Shown piece after piece: positions 24,663 through 36,976 of a DNA stretch of 64,000 nucleotides. This DNA comes from Neoechinorhynchus agilis (taxonomy: Eukaryota; Animalia; Acanthocephala). The DNA lies in contig CM121341.1 of the NCBI GenBank assembly GCA_051530055.1, positions 16,408,784-16,472,783 of the forward strand, read 5' to 3'. The position numbers and the translations under genes were made by a program. A model generated the notes under the pieces. The model did no database searches. It was given only the letters and a program-made list of their open reading frames with translations, and was not told where the DNA came from. The stretch's first letter is position 1. Every line of letters starts with the position of its first letter.

Positions 24663-25184
24663 GAACAATTCAACCAACAATCATTTCATAAATGTCTTGA
24701 CCTCTTTTGAAAGAAGAGAGAAAAGTATTGTATGAAAACGCGTAATTGTATAACAGTCATACGAATGCTCACTTATGGTGGTTATGAAAAAGAAGGCGTT
24801 AGTCATGATCCGCACAAGGTGTTCTATGCAAGAGATTTTGGGCAAATACTGGTAAAGTCCTAGGGCCAGTTTTTAAGACATTATTTTAATGTATTTTGGA
24901 ATAAGTTCAATCGGATTCATCTAGTCCGAATCAGTTAAGATTAATTCGAAATATAAACATATACCCAAGTTTGAATTGTGGTGATGACAATCCCGGATAC
25001 AAGATATTTCATATCAATAGAGTATCTTATATCCCCGATTATTATCACAATAATTCAAACTTTATCACCCCGAACTGTTTACTCTCTATTATATACCCAA
25101 GTTGACTCTCCTGATACTATAATTTTTTTATTAATATTCGTAATTTCGCTAGTCGATTTCGATTATGTGTTTGTAAGAAAAAGT

Positions 25185-25460
25185 CTCAAAAGCGAGAGCG
25201 GTCGCCAGCTTCAGCGGAGAAAAGAAGCGGCAGAAGTACTCCTCGCTCGATGGGCATCAATATATATTCATCCCGAATGCGGTGGAAACACTGAGATGCC
25301 TCGGAAAAGAAGCCGATTATTTCCTCTAACGACTGGGAAAGATGCTAAAACATACCACCGGCGATATGCGCTCCAGGAGCTTCTTGCTGCAGCGAATCAG
25401 CGCGGCGATCCAACGCGGCAATGCCGCGGCCATCAAGGAAGCTGCCGAACAAACATAACG
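25185..25460 (+). mobile_element. CRE-clade retrotransposon 3' fragment
   Basis: EKKRQKYSSLDGHQYIFIPNAVETL..GKEA, then after a frameshift FLLQRISAAIQRGNAAAIKEAAEQT*, the same C-terminal motif as the 10865 element. Confidence 0.75.
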
Positions 25461-26656
25461 TATGGGTAATGCGGATTTGATATGACTGCGAAATAAAATT
25501 CTGTGACTATAAAAATATTGAAAATGTCTATTATTTCTGGATACTAAACAAATTTTCTTTTATTCAAAACGTTTTTATTATGACACAAGAATTATCAATA
25601 CAAAAAAACGGTCAGCGCCAAGTTTCAATTAAAGCACTATTCGTCGCTCAAAGCTGTGATTTGTAGCTGAGATAATTCACCTTCTTAACGCGTATTCGAG
25701 TTTTGGTTTAAACTGTCTACAGCACTAAAAATTGCTAAATAGCCGTACGCTAATAAAATGTGACTGAAGAATGCTCCCTAATGGGTTTACGATTGCCCTA
25801 CGTTCGTCAAAATAATTTTGTTTTCGTTTTGGAATCAAAATGTAGTCATCTAAGAGCTCTTTTTCGTTTATGTGAACATTGTGTAAAAGCGAATTTATTG
25901 TCTTTAAGTTCGTCCAGGATAAAAACTCGCCCGTTTCTTGGATAAATCTTAAAATGATATGCGGGTCAAAGCATCACGCCTTCTTCTTAGCAAACTTATA
26001 TATCACTTGCTAGTTTTTCTGTGAAAGTGCTACTTCGCACAATTGTAGCACCAGTACAGCAAATTTTAAAACAAACGTGAATGACATTGAAAATCCCAGC
26101 GCATCTCTAAGGTCAAGCTAACCACAACCTCTTTCAACTCCAAAGCAAAAATGGATCTTTCTAGTGAGCAGTAAAAGTAATATTTCTTACCTGGCTACAC
26201 ATGGAAACTCCGCAGATACCGAGAAAGAGCCTATTTCGATTTGAAGCCACCAAAATATGCACCTCAGGTATTTAGCGAAGCTTGTAACTTGTAAGCATTG
26301 GACATATTTTTGAAGATGATTTGTATTTTTATTGTTCCACCTTTGCAGGGAAAACGTTAGTTGTTAGTAGATGTTGTTTTCCTCTCTTACAAAACGCAGA
26401 ATTTTATTTGTAATGATCATTAATCCGAATAAAAAATATTTCATTGAATTGACATATTTCGCGAGGTGGCTTCGCCTTATCATTCATCGAAAAAGGTTTT
26501 AGTCATTTTAGATTGTATGACTTGGGCAAGCGTCTCGCGACCCGTGGTTATTATCACCACATCTCAAACTCTAGCAGCCGAATGATTTTCTCTCGATAAT
26601 TAAAACGCTGAATATTAAATGCTTACATTTGTATCATTGGAAAGTGTAGTTCAAGA

Positions 26657-26989
26657 TTAAAACGTGTTAAGTCGCTTTTTTCGATGGGGACAATCTTCGA
26701 TGATTCTAAGCTGATCAGAAATCTCGACGAGTGATGTATTTCTGATGATCTTGTCAATTTCGTTTGGTAAAAAAATTCTTCGTTCAATGACAATTCCTGA
26801 AACCACGTTACGCTTTAGGTGTGATTTATTGTTTGCTTTTGAATCATCGAAAGTGCTCATAAATATTCCCCTTTGAGTTATAAAATCGCCTCTATACGTT
26901 TTGAGCATGTTCGTTGGTGTGCAAAAATATACTAAAGATTGCGTCTTGAACATGTAAGTAAAGTCGCCGTCAAAGCTCACATTACTCAT
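26657..26989 (-). CDS. Hypothetical protein (110 aa)
   Basis: ATG-initiated open frame in AT-rich sequence; no family recognised. Confidence 0.35.
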   Translation of the reverse strand: MSNVSFDGDFTYMFKTQSLVYFCTPTNMLKTYRGDFITQRGIFMSTFDDSKANNKSHLKRNVVSGIVIERRIFLPNEIDKIIRNTSLVEISDQLRIIEDCPHRKKRLNTF

Positions 26990-27106
26990 GCCTTAGGCGA
27001 CCAAGACAAAATACGTACCCTTCTAAAAGGGTCGCTTTAAATACACCATTTAGGCAAAGTAACTTCTCGCTCTATTCGAACTTTACCTAGAAGCACAGTA
27101 GAGATA

Positions 27107-28075
27107 ATGTTTGGTCGAATATTTTTAATCACCGCTTTTTACTTTCATCAAAGTAAGCTGGAACTATTTATTCCCAGTGATTTGCTCTATCCGACACCCG
27201 ATTAAAGTTCAATGTGATTTTGCCTTTGAACAGTTGAAAAATGCGGAAATCCTTAACAACTGCAAATCTCGAAGTACCATAAACTGCCAGGAGATTGGGA
27301 CGTATATAATTTCATCTACTAAAAAGTTGAATAATTGCACCATCTCTTGCAATTCATCCGTTAAGTTAATACTCAATTCCCATTCGATATGTGCACTCTT
27401 TTGTCTTTTTTAATAGATTCCAATTGTTCTTCGTCGATAAAAGTCGTATATCCGTTCCTACATTCCGCATTGACGATTTTCAGGATACTATTGACTACCG
27501 CGTATCACGGTTAGTATATAATGACTTTGGGAAATCATTGAGCATCACGGAAAAAAATCGTAATGATAAATCAACTTTCATTCTTAAAGGTATTTCCGTT
27601 TTTAGGAAGCCTTTACTAAATTTTTGATTATTTAGTCGTGCCTATTCATAGTTTTTTAATTAAAGAAACATGGGAAACTGTCTCGCACTCTGTGGAAGAT
27701 TTTCCCATTATACACATCGAAGTGAATTCATGCGGTGTTCGAAGGAAAGAGGAATGTTCATCAAACAAACCAACGATTGCAATATGGAATAATGAAAGGA
27801 AAAGGTACTGTACGCAAAAAATTAAATGACTTTATTTTCATTCCCTACTCAGATTAAGAGTTTCGATGGTACATTTAAGTGAAGCGGTTTCCGTCAAAAT
27901 GACAAATTCAAAGGGCGAATCGGTTTTCTTCGACAAACCAATCAATAATAGTCGCTTGGTCATCGATGACGATTTAAATGAATCGGTGTTCATTCAAGTA
28001 TGCCTTAAAAACGGAAAAGATCTTGAATCGAAGAAGGGTCGGTCGCACGTGAAAATCCTATGTGATATATCATGA
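27107..28075 (+). CDS. Hypothetical multi-exon, possibly secreted, Cys-containing protein
   Basis: ATG at 27107 gives hydrophobic MFGRIFLITAFYFHQ, joined by a 25-nt GTAAGC...CCCAG intron to ORF 27177. Three further same-strand ORFs follow to TGA at 28075. Internal splice pattern not resolved. Confidence 0.4.
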
Positions 28076-28500
28076 CAGAAATACTTTATAAAAAAGCATT
28101 CATTTTATTGAAACAAAGTTACAACGAAATGTCTTTAGGTCAAACCATTCTAATTCATCATTTTTTCTGAAACAAAAATTTAATACAAAATTTTGTCAGA
28201 ATTTAACAGCTGCAATCGAGGGGAGTTTTATACGAAACTAAAACCTTCAAACCATTGCCAACAACTGCGACGGTTACGAATAAATAGTCTTAAGCCTACA
28301 TTGCATTGGGCGAAGAAAAAAATGGACCATCAAGATCGTATTAATATTGAGAAAATACAAGTGTTCTACAATTCAAAAACTAAAGTCCTTAAGAATTGGT
28401 AGAATCAATGAACGTCGAAAAACATTGACACATCAAAATTTCGTCAAGATCGTATACTTTGTTAAGACCTTTGTTGACTTCATTCCCAAATCAAAATTCG

Positions 28501-29958
28501 ATGCATCTTCAACTTAATCGCCAGTGGACGTATCGACTGCTGCAAAGTGCCATTATATTCTCGGGTTCGTCGAGTTTTATGTACGGCTATGGCATTGCAG
28601 CCACAAATCTTTATTCCAATTTTATAGACGATCTCGCTTTCAATCGAATGAATAACAACGGATCGTTTAGCGGGCTAAAAGCAGGAATCGGAAACGGTTT
28701 ATTCGTAGTTGGTAACTTGATTGGAGCCATTGCAACTCCACATTCGTCGAACTGTCTTTGGATTTGGCATAGGAAGCGCATGATGATTCTTAACTACGTT
28801 ATGGCTTCACTGTGCTCCGCCCTCGCTCTTCTCTCAACTTGCCGTCAAGGATTAATCCTCTTTTATTTGTCGCGTTTATTTCATGGTGTACAAGGTGGAA
28901 TGGCTTGCGTAATTGTTCCTGCATATTTGAACGAAATCAGACCTGCGACTTTAGGATGGTCAATTGTCCATTTGCACCAATTATTTATTACATTGGGAAT
29001 ATTTACTGCCCAACTTATGGGTATCAGGTTTATTTTTGGCACCAAAAGTCGATGGCAAATAGGCTTAGCCGCCGGATCCGTTACTTGTCTCTTTGCATTG
29101 TACTTTCTGAATGACTTTACTTCCGACAGTCCCGTTGAAATGTTTTTTGTCTTTAGAAACGAAGACCGGGCAAGGGAAGCACTCGTAGATCTCCGACCAT
29201 CACCTTTAGAGGCTGAAGACGAATTAATAAGAATGTGTGGAGATTACGACCGAATCACAGCTGAGAACAACACTCAAATTTCAATCTTTAACTTATTCAG
29301 AAGACGAGACATGGCTTGGCAAATCGTAACGACAACGATTATGATGATCGTCCAAGCTTTCAGTGGGATCAACGCTATATTCTTCTATTCGGGTAAACTC
29401 CTATACGACGTTGGTTTTTCTTCAAACTCAATTCAATTCCTGATAATATTTACGGGATTTGCCAATTGCATTACAACAACGGCGATTTTAGCCTTAATAA
29501 ATCGTCTTAGTAGACGGTGCATTCTTTTTTTCTCGATTTCTGTTGTATTTGTATCACAAATCCTTCTTGGAACGAACTTTGTCCTCAAAAGCACAACGGG
29601 AATTTCAAATTTAAATTGGATAACTTTCCCTTGCATGCTCTTTCTCGTTCTTGGGTTCGCTATTGGTCTCGGGCCTATGCCATTTCTTTACGTCGGTGAA
29701 GTATTTCGACCCGAAGCAAAAGATGCGGCTCTCGGCATCGCACTCTTCGTCAATTACACGTCTAATATCATCGTGGCGTTTGTATTTCCACAACTGAATC
29801 TCGAGAAAACTGGATATGCGTTCTTTACTCTTGCTGCAATCACTTTACTTTCGACCGCTCTGCTGTATGTGAAAATACCAGAAACGAGAGGATTATCTAC
29901 GGAGGAGATAGACCACGCTTTTAGCATTAGCATTCCAATTGCTCGTGAAATACAGTGA
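28501..29958 (+). CDS. Facilitative glucose transporter (SLC2/GLUT, MFS sugar porter), single exon, ~485 aa
   Basis: Many hydrophobic segments with sugar-porter motifs FMYGY, VPAYLNEIRP, QLFITLGI, DSP, QAFSGINAIFFYS, GLGPMPF..GEVFRPEAK and IPETRG. First ATG at 28501. Confidence 0.92.
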   Translation: MHLQLNRQWTYRLLQSAIIFSGSSSFMYGYGIAATNLYSNFIDDLAFNRMNNNGSFSGLKAGIGNGLFVVGNLIGAIATPHSSNCLWIWHRKRMMILNYVMASLCSALALLSTCRQGLILFYLSRLFHGVQGGMACVIVPAYLNEIRPATLGWSIVHLHQLFITLGIFTAQLMGIRFIFGTKSRWQIGLAAGSVTCLFALYFLNDFTSDSPVEMFFVFRNEDRAREALVDLRPSPLEAEDELIRMCGDYDRITAENNTQISIFNLFRRRDMAWQIVTTTIMMIVQAFSGINAIFFYSGKLLYDVGFSSNSIQFLIIFTGFANCITTTAILALINRLSRRCILFFSISVVFVSQILLGTNFVLKSTTGISNLNWITFPCMLFLVLGFAIGLGPMPFLYVGEVFRPEAKDAALGIALFVNYTSNIIVAFVFPQLNLEKTGYAFFTLAAITLLSTALLYVKIPETRGLSTEEIDHAFSISIPIAREIQ

Positions 29959-30071
29959 ATCTTCAATTTTAATTTTGTCGAATAAATTATTGGTCTTTGA
30001 GAATGGACAGCGAACGTGCAATCGTTTTTAGGAAAAAAACATGTTGTTTCTAACAGCCGAAAACCAATATT

Positions 30072-30461
30072 TTAAAATATTTTTGAACGCCCATGCTTTA
30101 TAGACAGTTTAGGTTCGGAAAACAAAGGCATTTTTACCTCGAATATTCTTGACCGACAGGTAGGAAAGACAAAGCTGTCAGTTTGTTCTATTACGACGCT
30201 TAAACTATTTATGGAGAGAGATTCAGATGCTGATTTTTCAAAAATTGATTTATCCAAGCTACGTAAAAAGTCGACTTGTGTAGTTAAACTTTTTAGAAGA
30301 TCTTGATCGCTGTTGGCAAATTCTTTGTTCTTCTTTGAAGATATATAAGTTTCTATGAAGTTCATTGAATAAATAAGAACGGACTTTGAATATAGGCGTC
30401 GAATTTTATATGGAAAATGCTGAAATGACGTATTTAATGTGAAACGAAAAATATGGCACAA
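30072..30461 (-). CDS. Hypothetical protein or exon (129 aa)
   Basis: Open frame in very AT-rich context; no family recognised. Confidence 0.3.
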   Translation of the reverse strand: MCHIFRFTLNTSFQHFPYKIRRLYSKSVLIYSMNFIETYISSKKNKEFANSDQDLLKSLTTQVDFLRSLDKSIFEKSASESLSINSLSVVIEQTDSFVFPTCRSRIFEVKMPLFSEPKLSIKHGRSKIF

Positions 30462-30784
30462 TGTTCACTCCAATTTTGTTCAAAATCTTGTCTGTTGTTG
30501 CTTAACTTTGTAAACGTTTTGATCAAGTAAGTCAATTTGTCATACATTGCAAAAGACTTCAGTTCGAATTTTCCTTCTACATCCTAATACAAAAGTATTT
30601 ACTTAGAGAGAAAAGGCTTGTTTTAAAGGGGAACCAACCTTTTCAGAAATCCCTTCACTACATTAATTTTTGCACAACAGTAAATATATCGCTTCAATGC
30701 CGAAGCCCGATGAAGACTTTTTATGCGCAAGTAAAAATAATGATGCATTTCATATCGAGAAAATCCATCGGAATGTTAAATTTT

Positions 30785-30844
30785 GACTTGTGGTGAAGAT
30801 AACCCCGGTTAAAAATCATACCGGGAGTATCTTCACCACAAGTC
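30785..30844. ncRNA. Pre-miRNA-sized hairpin (candidate small RNA precursor or MITE remnant)
   Basis: GACTTGTGGTGAAGATA (30785-30801) pairs perfectly with TATCTTCACCACAAGTC (30828-30844), followed by an inner CCCGGT/ACCGGG stem; 60 nt in total. Confidence 0.35.
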
Positions 30845-31072
30845 CAAATAATGCATTTGTAACAAGAAAATCGGTGTTGAATATCGACAGTTAAATGAGC
30901 GCATGATTTTTTATTGATTGCTGGAAGCGTCAGTTGGTCATTTCTCTTTCAAACTTTAGAAATCATGACCCAATAGAAAATGAAATTCTGAACATGGCCA
31001 AACTTAAAAAAGAAATTCGCTGCGATATTTAAGAAACTTCAACTTTTCTAAAAAAATATGAGCAACTACGAG

Positions 31073-32760
31073 TTATTGTTTATCATTCGAAGTCATCTTT
31101 TCTGTGAGTGCAGATTTGACATTAGTAATGTTGAATTCGAAAACAATAGCCTTGTGGGCCGGTTGATTGTGCTCATCACACATTGAGGCGTTGATAAACA
31201 CCGACTTGTCCTTTCTCAAAATTCCATGCGACTCATGAACGTGGCCGAAGACGTGGTAGGACGGTTTTATCTGATTTACTCTTTCCATCAGACTAGGGCA
31301 TCCGACCTGCCGTCCGTCGTGTAATCGATCAAGAACACCTTAATCGAGATTATAGTTAACATTAAATAAAATCGGAATGAGAACCTCTGGGAGGAGTGTG
31401 AGTTAGCAGTATGTCGCATTCAGTTGGAATCATCATCCATTTCTGTTTTATTGTTATTGAATCAGCGTAATAAGCCCATTCTTGAAGATCAGGCACCCTA
31501 AAAATGTCCGAAATAAAACAACTAATGCTTGATATATGATCTCCATGCTAAAGGACATTACGAAAATTCGATCGATGTAGCAACCTGTACCAAAGAACAC
31601 AAATATACGGGCATGCAAAAAAATTTTAGTGTATACAAATAGAATCAAATTTAAAGAGACACTCAGCCAAAAAGACTTTGAAAGTTACCAGGAACTTCCA
31701 TACACATGAATATTATTTAAAATGGCGAATCTTGGTTCTCGTTTTTTAACTTCAGTTTGTACTAAAAGATTTCGGGGAGAAATTTATCGGGCATTCAATG
31801 ATGATTATCATTGTTTGAGATTTTTGTTGCAATAAACGCATTTTCCAACGTAAAGATGATTAACTTTGAGCGAAAAGGGTGATGAACAATGTCTAATAAG
31901 TAACTTAAATTAAGCCAAAATTTTTTGGATTAATTGGACGTAAAAATGGTCCAAAATTTTCTTTTGTTCGTGTCCTAGAATCATCTTCGATCGCGAGAAA
32001 TTTTCATTTTTCATTCTCATCATTCCCTTTAAGATTATCTTTAATTTCTATTCAATAATTTTGTTTGAATTTAATTCTTTAGTTTGAAGTTTCGCCAATT
32101 ATTTTTTCAAAAAAACAACTAAGTTTTACAAATAAGTTCGAGAATAATAAGCTGAAGCTACTTCTACAGTTAGCCACGTAGATACCATGCATAAATCTAT
32201 TAAAAAAACCCTACAGCACATATAGAAAATATTGAAAATGATACAAGATTCGCCAAGAAACAATAACACTGGAATCATCCAATAAAACGCAATTAGTCAA
32301 AAGATCTCGTATGCTCATGTTCAATTGTTTCAACTGATTGAACGACCGTTTTGACTTTTTGTATTGTCTAGAAAAAGCAGTTTTAAAAAGACTATAAAAA
32401 TCAATGCGAAAACCTTGCTAATTCTTCACTTCGATTGGGATCAAAAAGTAAATCGTGGTTGCCCGAAATGACAATCTTCAACGAGTGGGGAAGAGACGCA
32501 AGAAAATCATTGAATTGATTGATCGCGTAATAATCGCCAACATTACTCAAATCACCGGCAACCAGAAGTATATCTCCGGCAGGAATATCTTTCCTTAGAG
32601 ACTCGTGGTGGTTGTGAGTGTCGGAAATGCAAACAAACGACAGCTAAAGAATAAGAGTTGATGACAAGGAACAATACCGTACACTAACCTTCTCTTTTGA
32701 TGGAAGATTAAATCTTGTAATTGGCCTTTTCTGTTCCGATTCCTTGATGGAAAGCAGCAT
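31073..32760 (-). CDS. MPPED1/2-type metallophosphoesterase, multi-exon
   Basis: Exons read FVCISDTH..DILLVAGDLSNVG..KIVISGNHDLLFD, RDLLTNCVLLDDSSV, IHVYGSSW, EWAY..KWMMIPTECDILLTHTPPR|GVLD..VGCPSL, and KPSYHVFGHVHESHG..FINASMC. Two 46-nt introns, plus longer ones of ~200 and ~520 nt. Start ATG tentative. Confidence 0.88.
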
Positions 32761-33219
32761 CCCCTTGAATGCAAAAGAGAAATCATTAAGGTTGTTTTGG
32801 TGCAACGGAAATGGAGAAAGAAAACAACGAAATTTTTAATCGAAAAATGAAAATAAGTATACAGAAACAGTTGAGGAGTCTACAATATTAAGAACTTTTG
32901 CCAATCTCAAGAGGCAATTTTACGTATCAGTGTTCATCACATAAACAAACATAATACCTTTAAAGAATATTACATACCCAAAGAACTCCGAGAATTAGCG
33001 ACTTCAGAAGTTCGATTAACTTTACTATTCTACTGATAAAAAACAAACTGTGAATTCAGTGTTCATTTCTTAAATATTTGCGTTCTTTGGTTGGAAACAT
33101 TTTTAATGAAACGTTTCTTAAAATTCATTATAAAACATTTTTCTGCGTCCATCAAACGTTGCGAACCATTATAAAAAAATGCAATACCATTTACAAGGAG
33201 ATCGTCTTCTATAGTCAAA

Positions 33220-33430
33220 AATGAACTTGTCAAACAGTTTTACCGACAATGAACTTAATATTTTAAATGCATCGACGTTTGAAGGGGACGAATGGATCAT
33301 TGCTGAAGTGCAGGCCGATCATTTCCGCGGTGAACGGCCCTGAATATCGGGTTTCAAAGCTCCTAGCTATAACACTAAGCCCACTCCTCCAAACGACAAT
33401 GGGCATATCTAAAAAGTTAGGACGGTATTT
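33220..33430 (+). mobile_element. Penelope-like element RT fragment
   Basis: MNLSNSFTDNELNIL and CRPIISAVNGPEYRVSKLLAITLSPLL resemble PLE N-terminal and RT motif-1/2 regions. Confidence 0.55.
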
Positions 33431-34906
33431 AATAAAAAATTATTTACTGGGTGAAGACCTAAATAATACTTGTAATTGACATATTTTTCAAGTCGAATTT
33501 ATTGCAAATTTCAAATCAAAATATTTCGCCCAGAAGATTACCACCTTCAACTTTCTGAGATCTATTAGAAACCAAAGTCGGCTTAACCTTAAAAACAAAG
33601 CAGCCACGATTGTTATGATTCAAACTCAAAGGACACGACTCGGTCATTGAAGAATCGAAAGTTACGATTACAGCATTATGGCTTATTCTGTTCAGTTTTT
33701 CCACTGAAATGAACGATCGGAAATACGAAGATCGAATTAGAGCAACTTCGCAAATCGAAAACATAAAACAACTTTCGATGAATCCGATAGCGAAACCTCG
33801 CGTATAAAGCTCATTCGGTGAAAAGCGAGTTTTTGATAAAATCTCATCTATTTCAGCTAGTCTCACCTACAAAGGCACACCCTTCATGTGCGCGAATAGC
33901 AAATTCCAGTGTTTTTAGTTTCATTGATTCAACTTCATGAGTTCATAATTGATGTTTATTAAAGTAAGTGAAATATACAAAAAATTACCGAAAATAGTAC
34001 TTTGTTTACAAGTTTTTCCGTTTGTTCTATGTATAAATACTTTTATAAAAATTATTATATATTTTCAATGCATAGGAAAGTAGGAGACACTATAAAAGAC
34101 ACACGATCGCTATTTATTTAAGTTTATCTAACACAGTTTTTCAAATTCCGCTACAAAAACCTTCTTTAAGCTTCGAACAACTTCAGACCATCACTTTAAT
34201 TCATTTAGTTGGTAGCTTAAGCAAAAAATAAAATTAAAGTATTTTATCGAGAAGTTTAAAATGAGGATTTTTTACCGTTTGGTAAGTGCTGGTCTACGCT
34301 AAATGCCCGTGACCGTACAGTTATAAGTTAGCACGCATCCCTGCAAGAACTCATCAGTGAGTTTCTTCCCTTCATCAGTGATATTCTCGAAATTTTAACC
34401 TATTTTTGTTTGAACTTCGAATTGGGATCGTGCCAAACTCGCACTCTGGTTTTGTAAGCTTCAAGTTATTCTTTTACTTTATGTCTAGCTGACCGGTTAG
34501 ATTTTTTCTAACTGTTGAAGTGAACATTTCTTACACGGCTGATTATTTTGCTTGGGCGCACACTCATCGATCTCGGTCAGGAAAAAGCGCATAAAATCAC
34601 TTAATTTCCCTGAACTATGAGGTTATGAGTTTGTACACATCCCTCCGTCAGCAGTATTTCGTCCCCTTTGGTTGTGCGTCATCAGCGGTAACGAATTCGG
34701 ATCCTTTGATTCAAACTGGGATCAGGAGCTTTAATTCACTTGACTAGCTCAGCATAACTGCAGAATGTACAAATTTCGCCAGCTTAGCTTAGTATAAGCG
34801 TCTCCATAATTCAGTGGTGTATTGTAAAAAATCCTCATCTTACACTTCTCGATAAAAAGGCAACTGTTTAATCCACGCATAAGATGTTAAAATCGAAAAA
34901 GACATG

Positions 34907-36976
34907 TTACGAATTTTTAAAATCCGTGGACGGGTACAGTTTCTCGCAAGTAAGTCGTTTTACACTCGTAGGGAACTGTGGTTTCACGAGTCCCAGAATC
35001 ATGAGTGTTCGCAAACAACTATGCAAATCTGTCTCTCCAATTGCCTCCAATGCATCACTCCAGTCTTTCAATGAACTCAGCAATGGCATCGTTTTGCAAA
35101 CCTCGTATGATTTCGTCACATTTTCCCTGTTTTCACCTGCGAATCTCTCCAAATCTTCAAATATGTGAATTCGAACTTCTGGAGAGCAATGGGTTTTCAG
35201 TGTTTCGGCACCCGGATAGAAAAACGCAGGCGGAGGCAACGCCGAGTTACACTCACAAACGAGATGATGAGTTAATTTTAGTAAAGATTCCTTTAAATCT
35301 TTATATTGGCTCGGGATTAGACGAGACGGCTTTGTCTTTAAGCGACGATTCTCTTGTTAGCACCAATAAATGAAGAGAACCACTCGATCTAATCGACTCT
35401 GCAGTTCAAAAGCACTTCGGGATACGGTAGTGTCTTGAGAACTTTCATTGACCGATTGTGAATGCGTCACTTGAGCGTTCTTGATCTCTAGTCTTATCTG
35501 CTCAACTTCATTTTTGAATAATAGATTGTTGTCTCCCGTCGCAAAACAGATTTCGTTCAAAACTGTATCGATTTCGGTTGAACACGTCAATGCGTAATTT
35601 AGCGTGTTGTCAAGAGAATCCGAAAACAAAGGATGCCAATGATGCAGAGAAATAAATGTCCATAATTCGATTGGGGAATCGAGGTGAAGTGGTTTGACAA
35701 GTCTTAACAGAAGCGAAGTTATCTGCGAAATCCGTCGTTTTTCTCTAATCGGTGACATCGTTTGTTCGAACGTTTTTTTGGCTACCAAAGAAGCTAAGTG
35801 CTTTAAGATTTTCAAAGAGAGATTTTGCACGTGATCGATCACAATAAACTTTACCGAGTCAAGGAAATAAGCAATTTCTGAAAGGAGGAAACCTACTCTT
35901 AGTTTCAGTAATACTGCTTCGTATGATAAATTTAGAGCGTGATAATCAGATAATACGAGTTCCAGAGCTCCAGCTGAAGGCAGAATCAGAAATCGATCAT
36001 TGTCAAAGCAGAGCTGAAAACCAAGACAAAGCAAATGAATTTCAATTGAATTGCCTTACTTCTTTTAGAAAATACTCAATTGAGATCTGATCGTTCGAGG
36101 GTCGAATTTTTCGAATTGCGATTCCATGGGAACATTCGCCGCAGGTTAGACATTCTAATTGATCATTGATTCCGTAATCACTAGTGCCGATAATCACGAA
36201 AATCGGCATTTGATAAGCCCGAGCACTTTTCAAAAAATTATTTCAAATCAATTTGCGAGATCAAAATAACTACCTTAGAAGAATTAAAAGGGCTTCCAAA
36301 TATTGAAATTTTACGTTCTCTATCGATGGAATTATCAATACTATTGGTTTCAAATATTCGTAAGTCTAAATAGAATAGATGGTAAACATTTCACGAGAAG
36401 CAACGAAAAGGAAATTCTTACTTTTAAGTACAAATCAGCGAAATCTCGAAGATCATCATCGACTTCAACTGTAAACTCCTTGCATTGAGAACACAAAGCG
36501 TCCACAATCCTACCGATTTCTTTGTTTAAATCATCACAATTACAAAGTACGTCATCGACAGTCAAAGCCAAATTCGAGTTCGCCAAATTTTCACCAATGC
36601 TTCGCATTATCGTTTCCTGACCGCCTATAAAATGGGAAACTACGATTCCCATTTGAACAAACGATTGATTAGAAAGTTGATCATCTTTAGAGCATAGTCC
36701 ATTCCACTTATTCGCTTCTGTCGTTATAAAATCGATTGTCGTACTGATCAATGAACCATTCGCGTCATCCAGAACTCGTTTCCACGTAAGATCGATTTGG
36801 CTTAATAAATATTCGATCACTTCATTTCTCATCGTCAATTTGCGTTTTATCTTTGTTTTCGGGATGTGAACGTAAACTCCCTGAAACAAAAAATCCATCT
36901 TCAACGCGTTTTAATTTATAAATCGAATACTTACAGTTTCTTGAATATTTAATTGGTCACTACTCTTGTAAGACAT
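34907..36976 (-). CDS. ORC3: Origin recognition complex subunit 3 (divergent), multi-exon
   Basis: N-terminal VYVHIPKTKIKRK..EYLLSQIDLTWKRVLDDANGSLISTTIDFI, middle MPIFVIIGTS, and C-terminal winged-helix EVRIHIF..LSSLKDWSDAL..CLRTLMILGLVKP..VKRLTC align with ORC3 INLVDWSEAF..ELELLGFIKP..VARLTW. ATG at 36976 followed by a GTAAGT intron. Confidence 0.72.

Noticed and set aside
24978-25469. 163-aa plus-strand ORF as a host gene
   Set aside because: Starts at a GTG in AT-rich low-complexity sequence, and its 3' half overlaps a frameshifted CRE fragment read partly in another frame.
33516-33866. 116-codon minus-strand ORF next to the Penelope fragment
   Set aside because: TTG/GTG-type start and no recognisable motif; cannot tell exon from chance frame.
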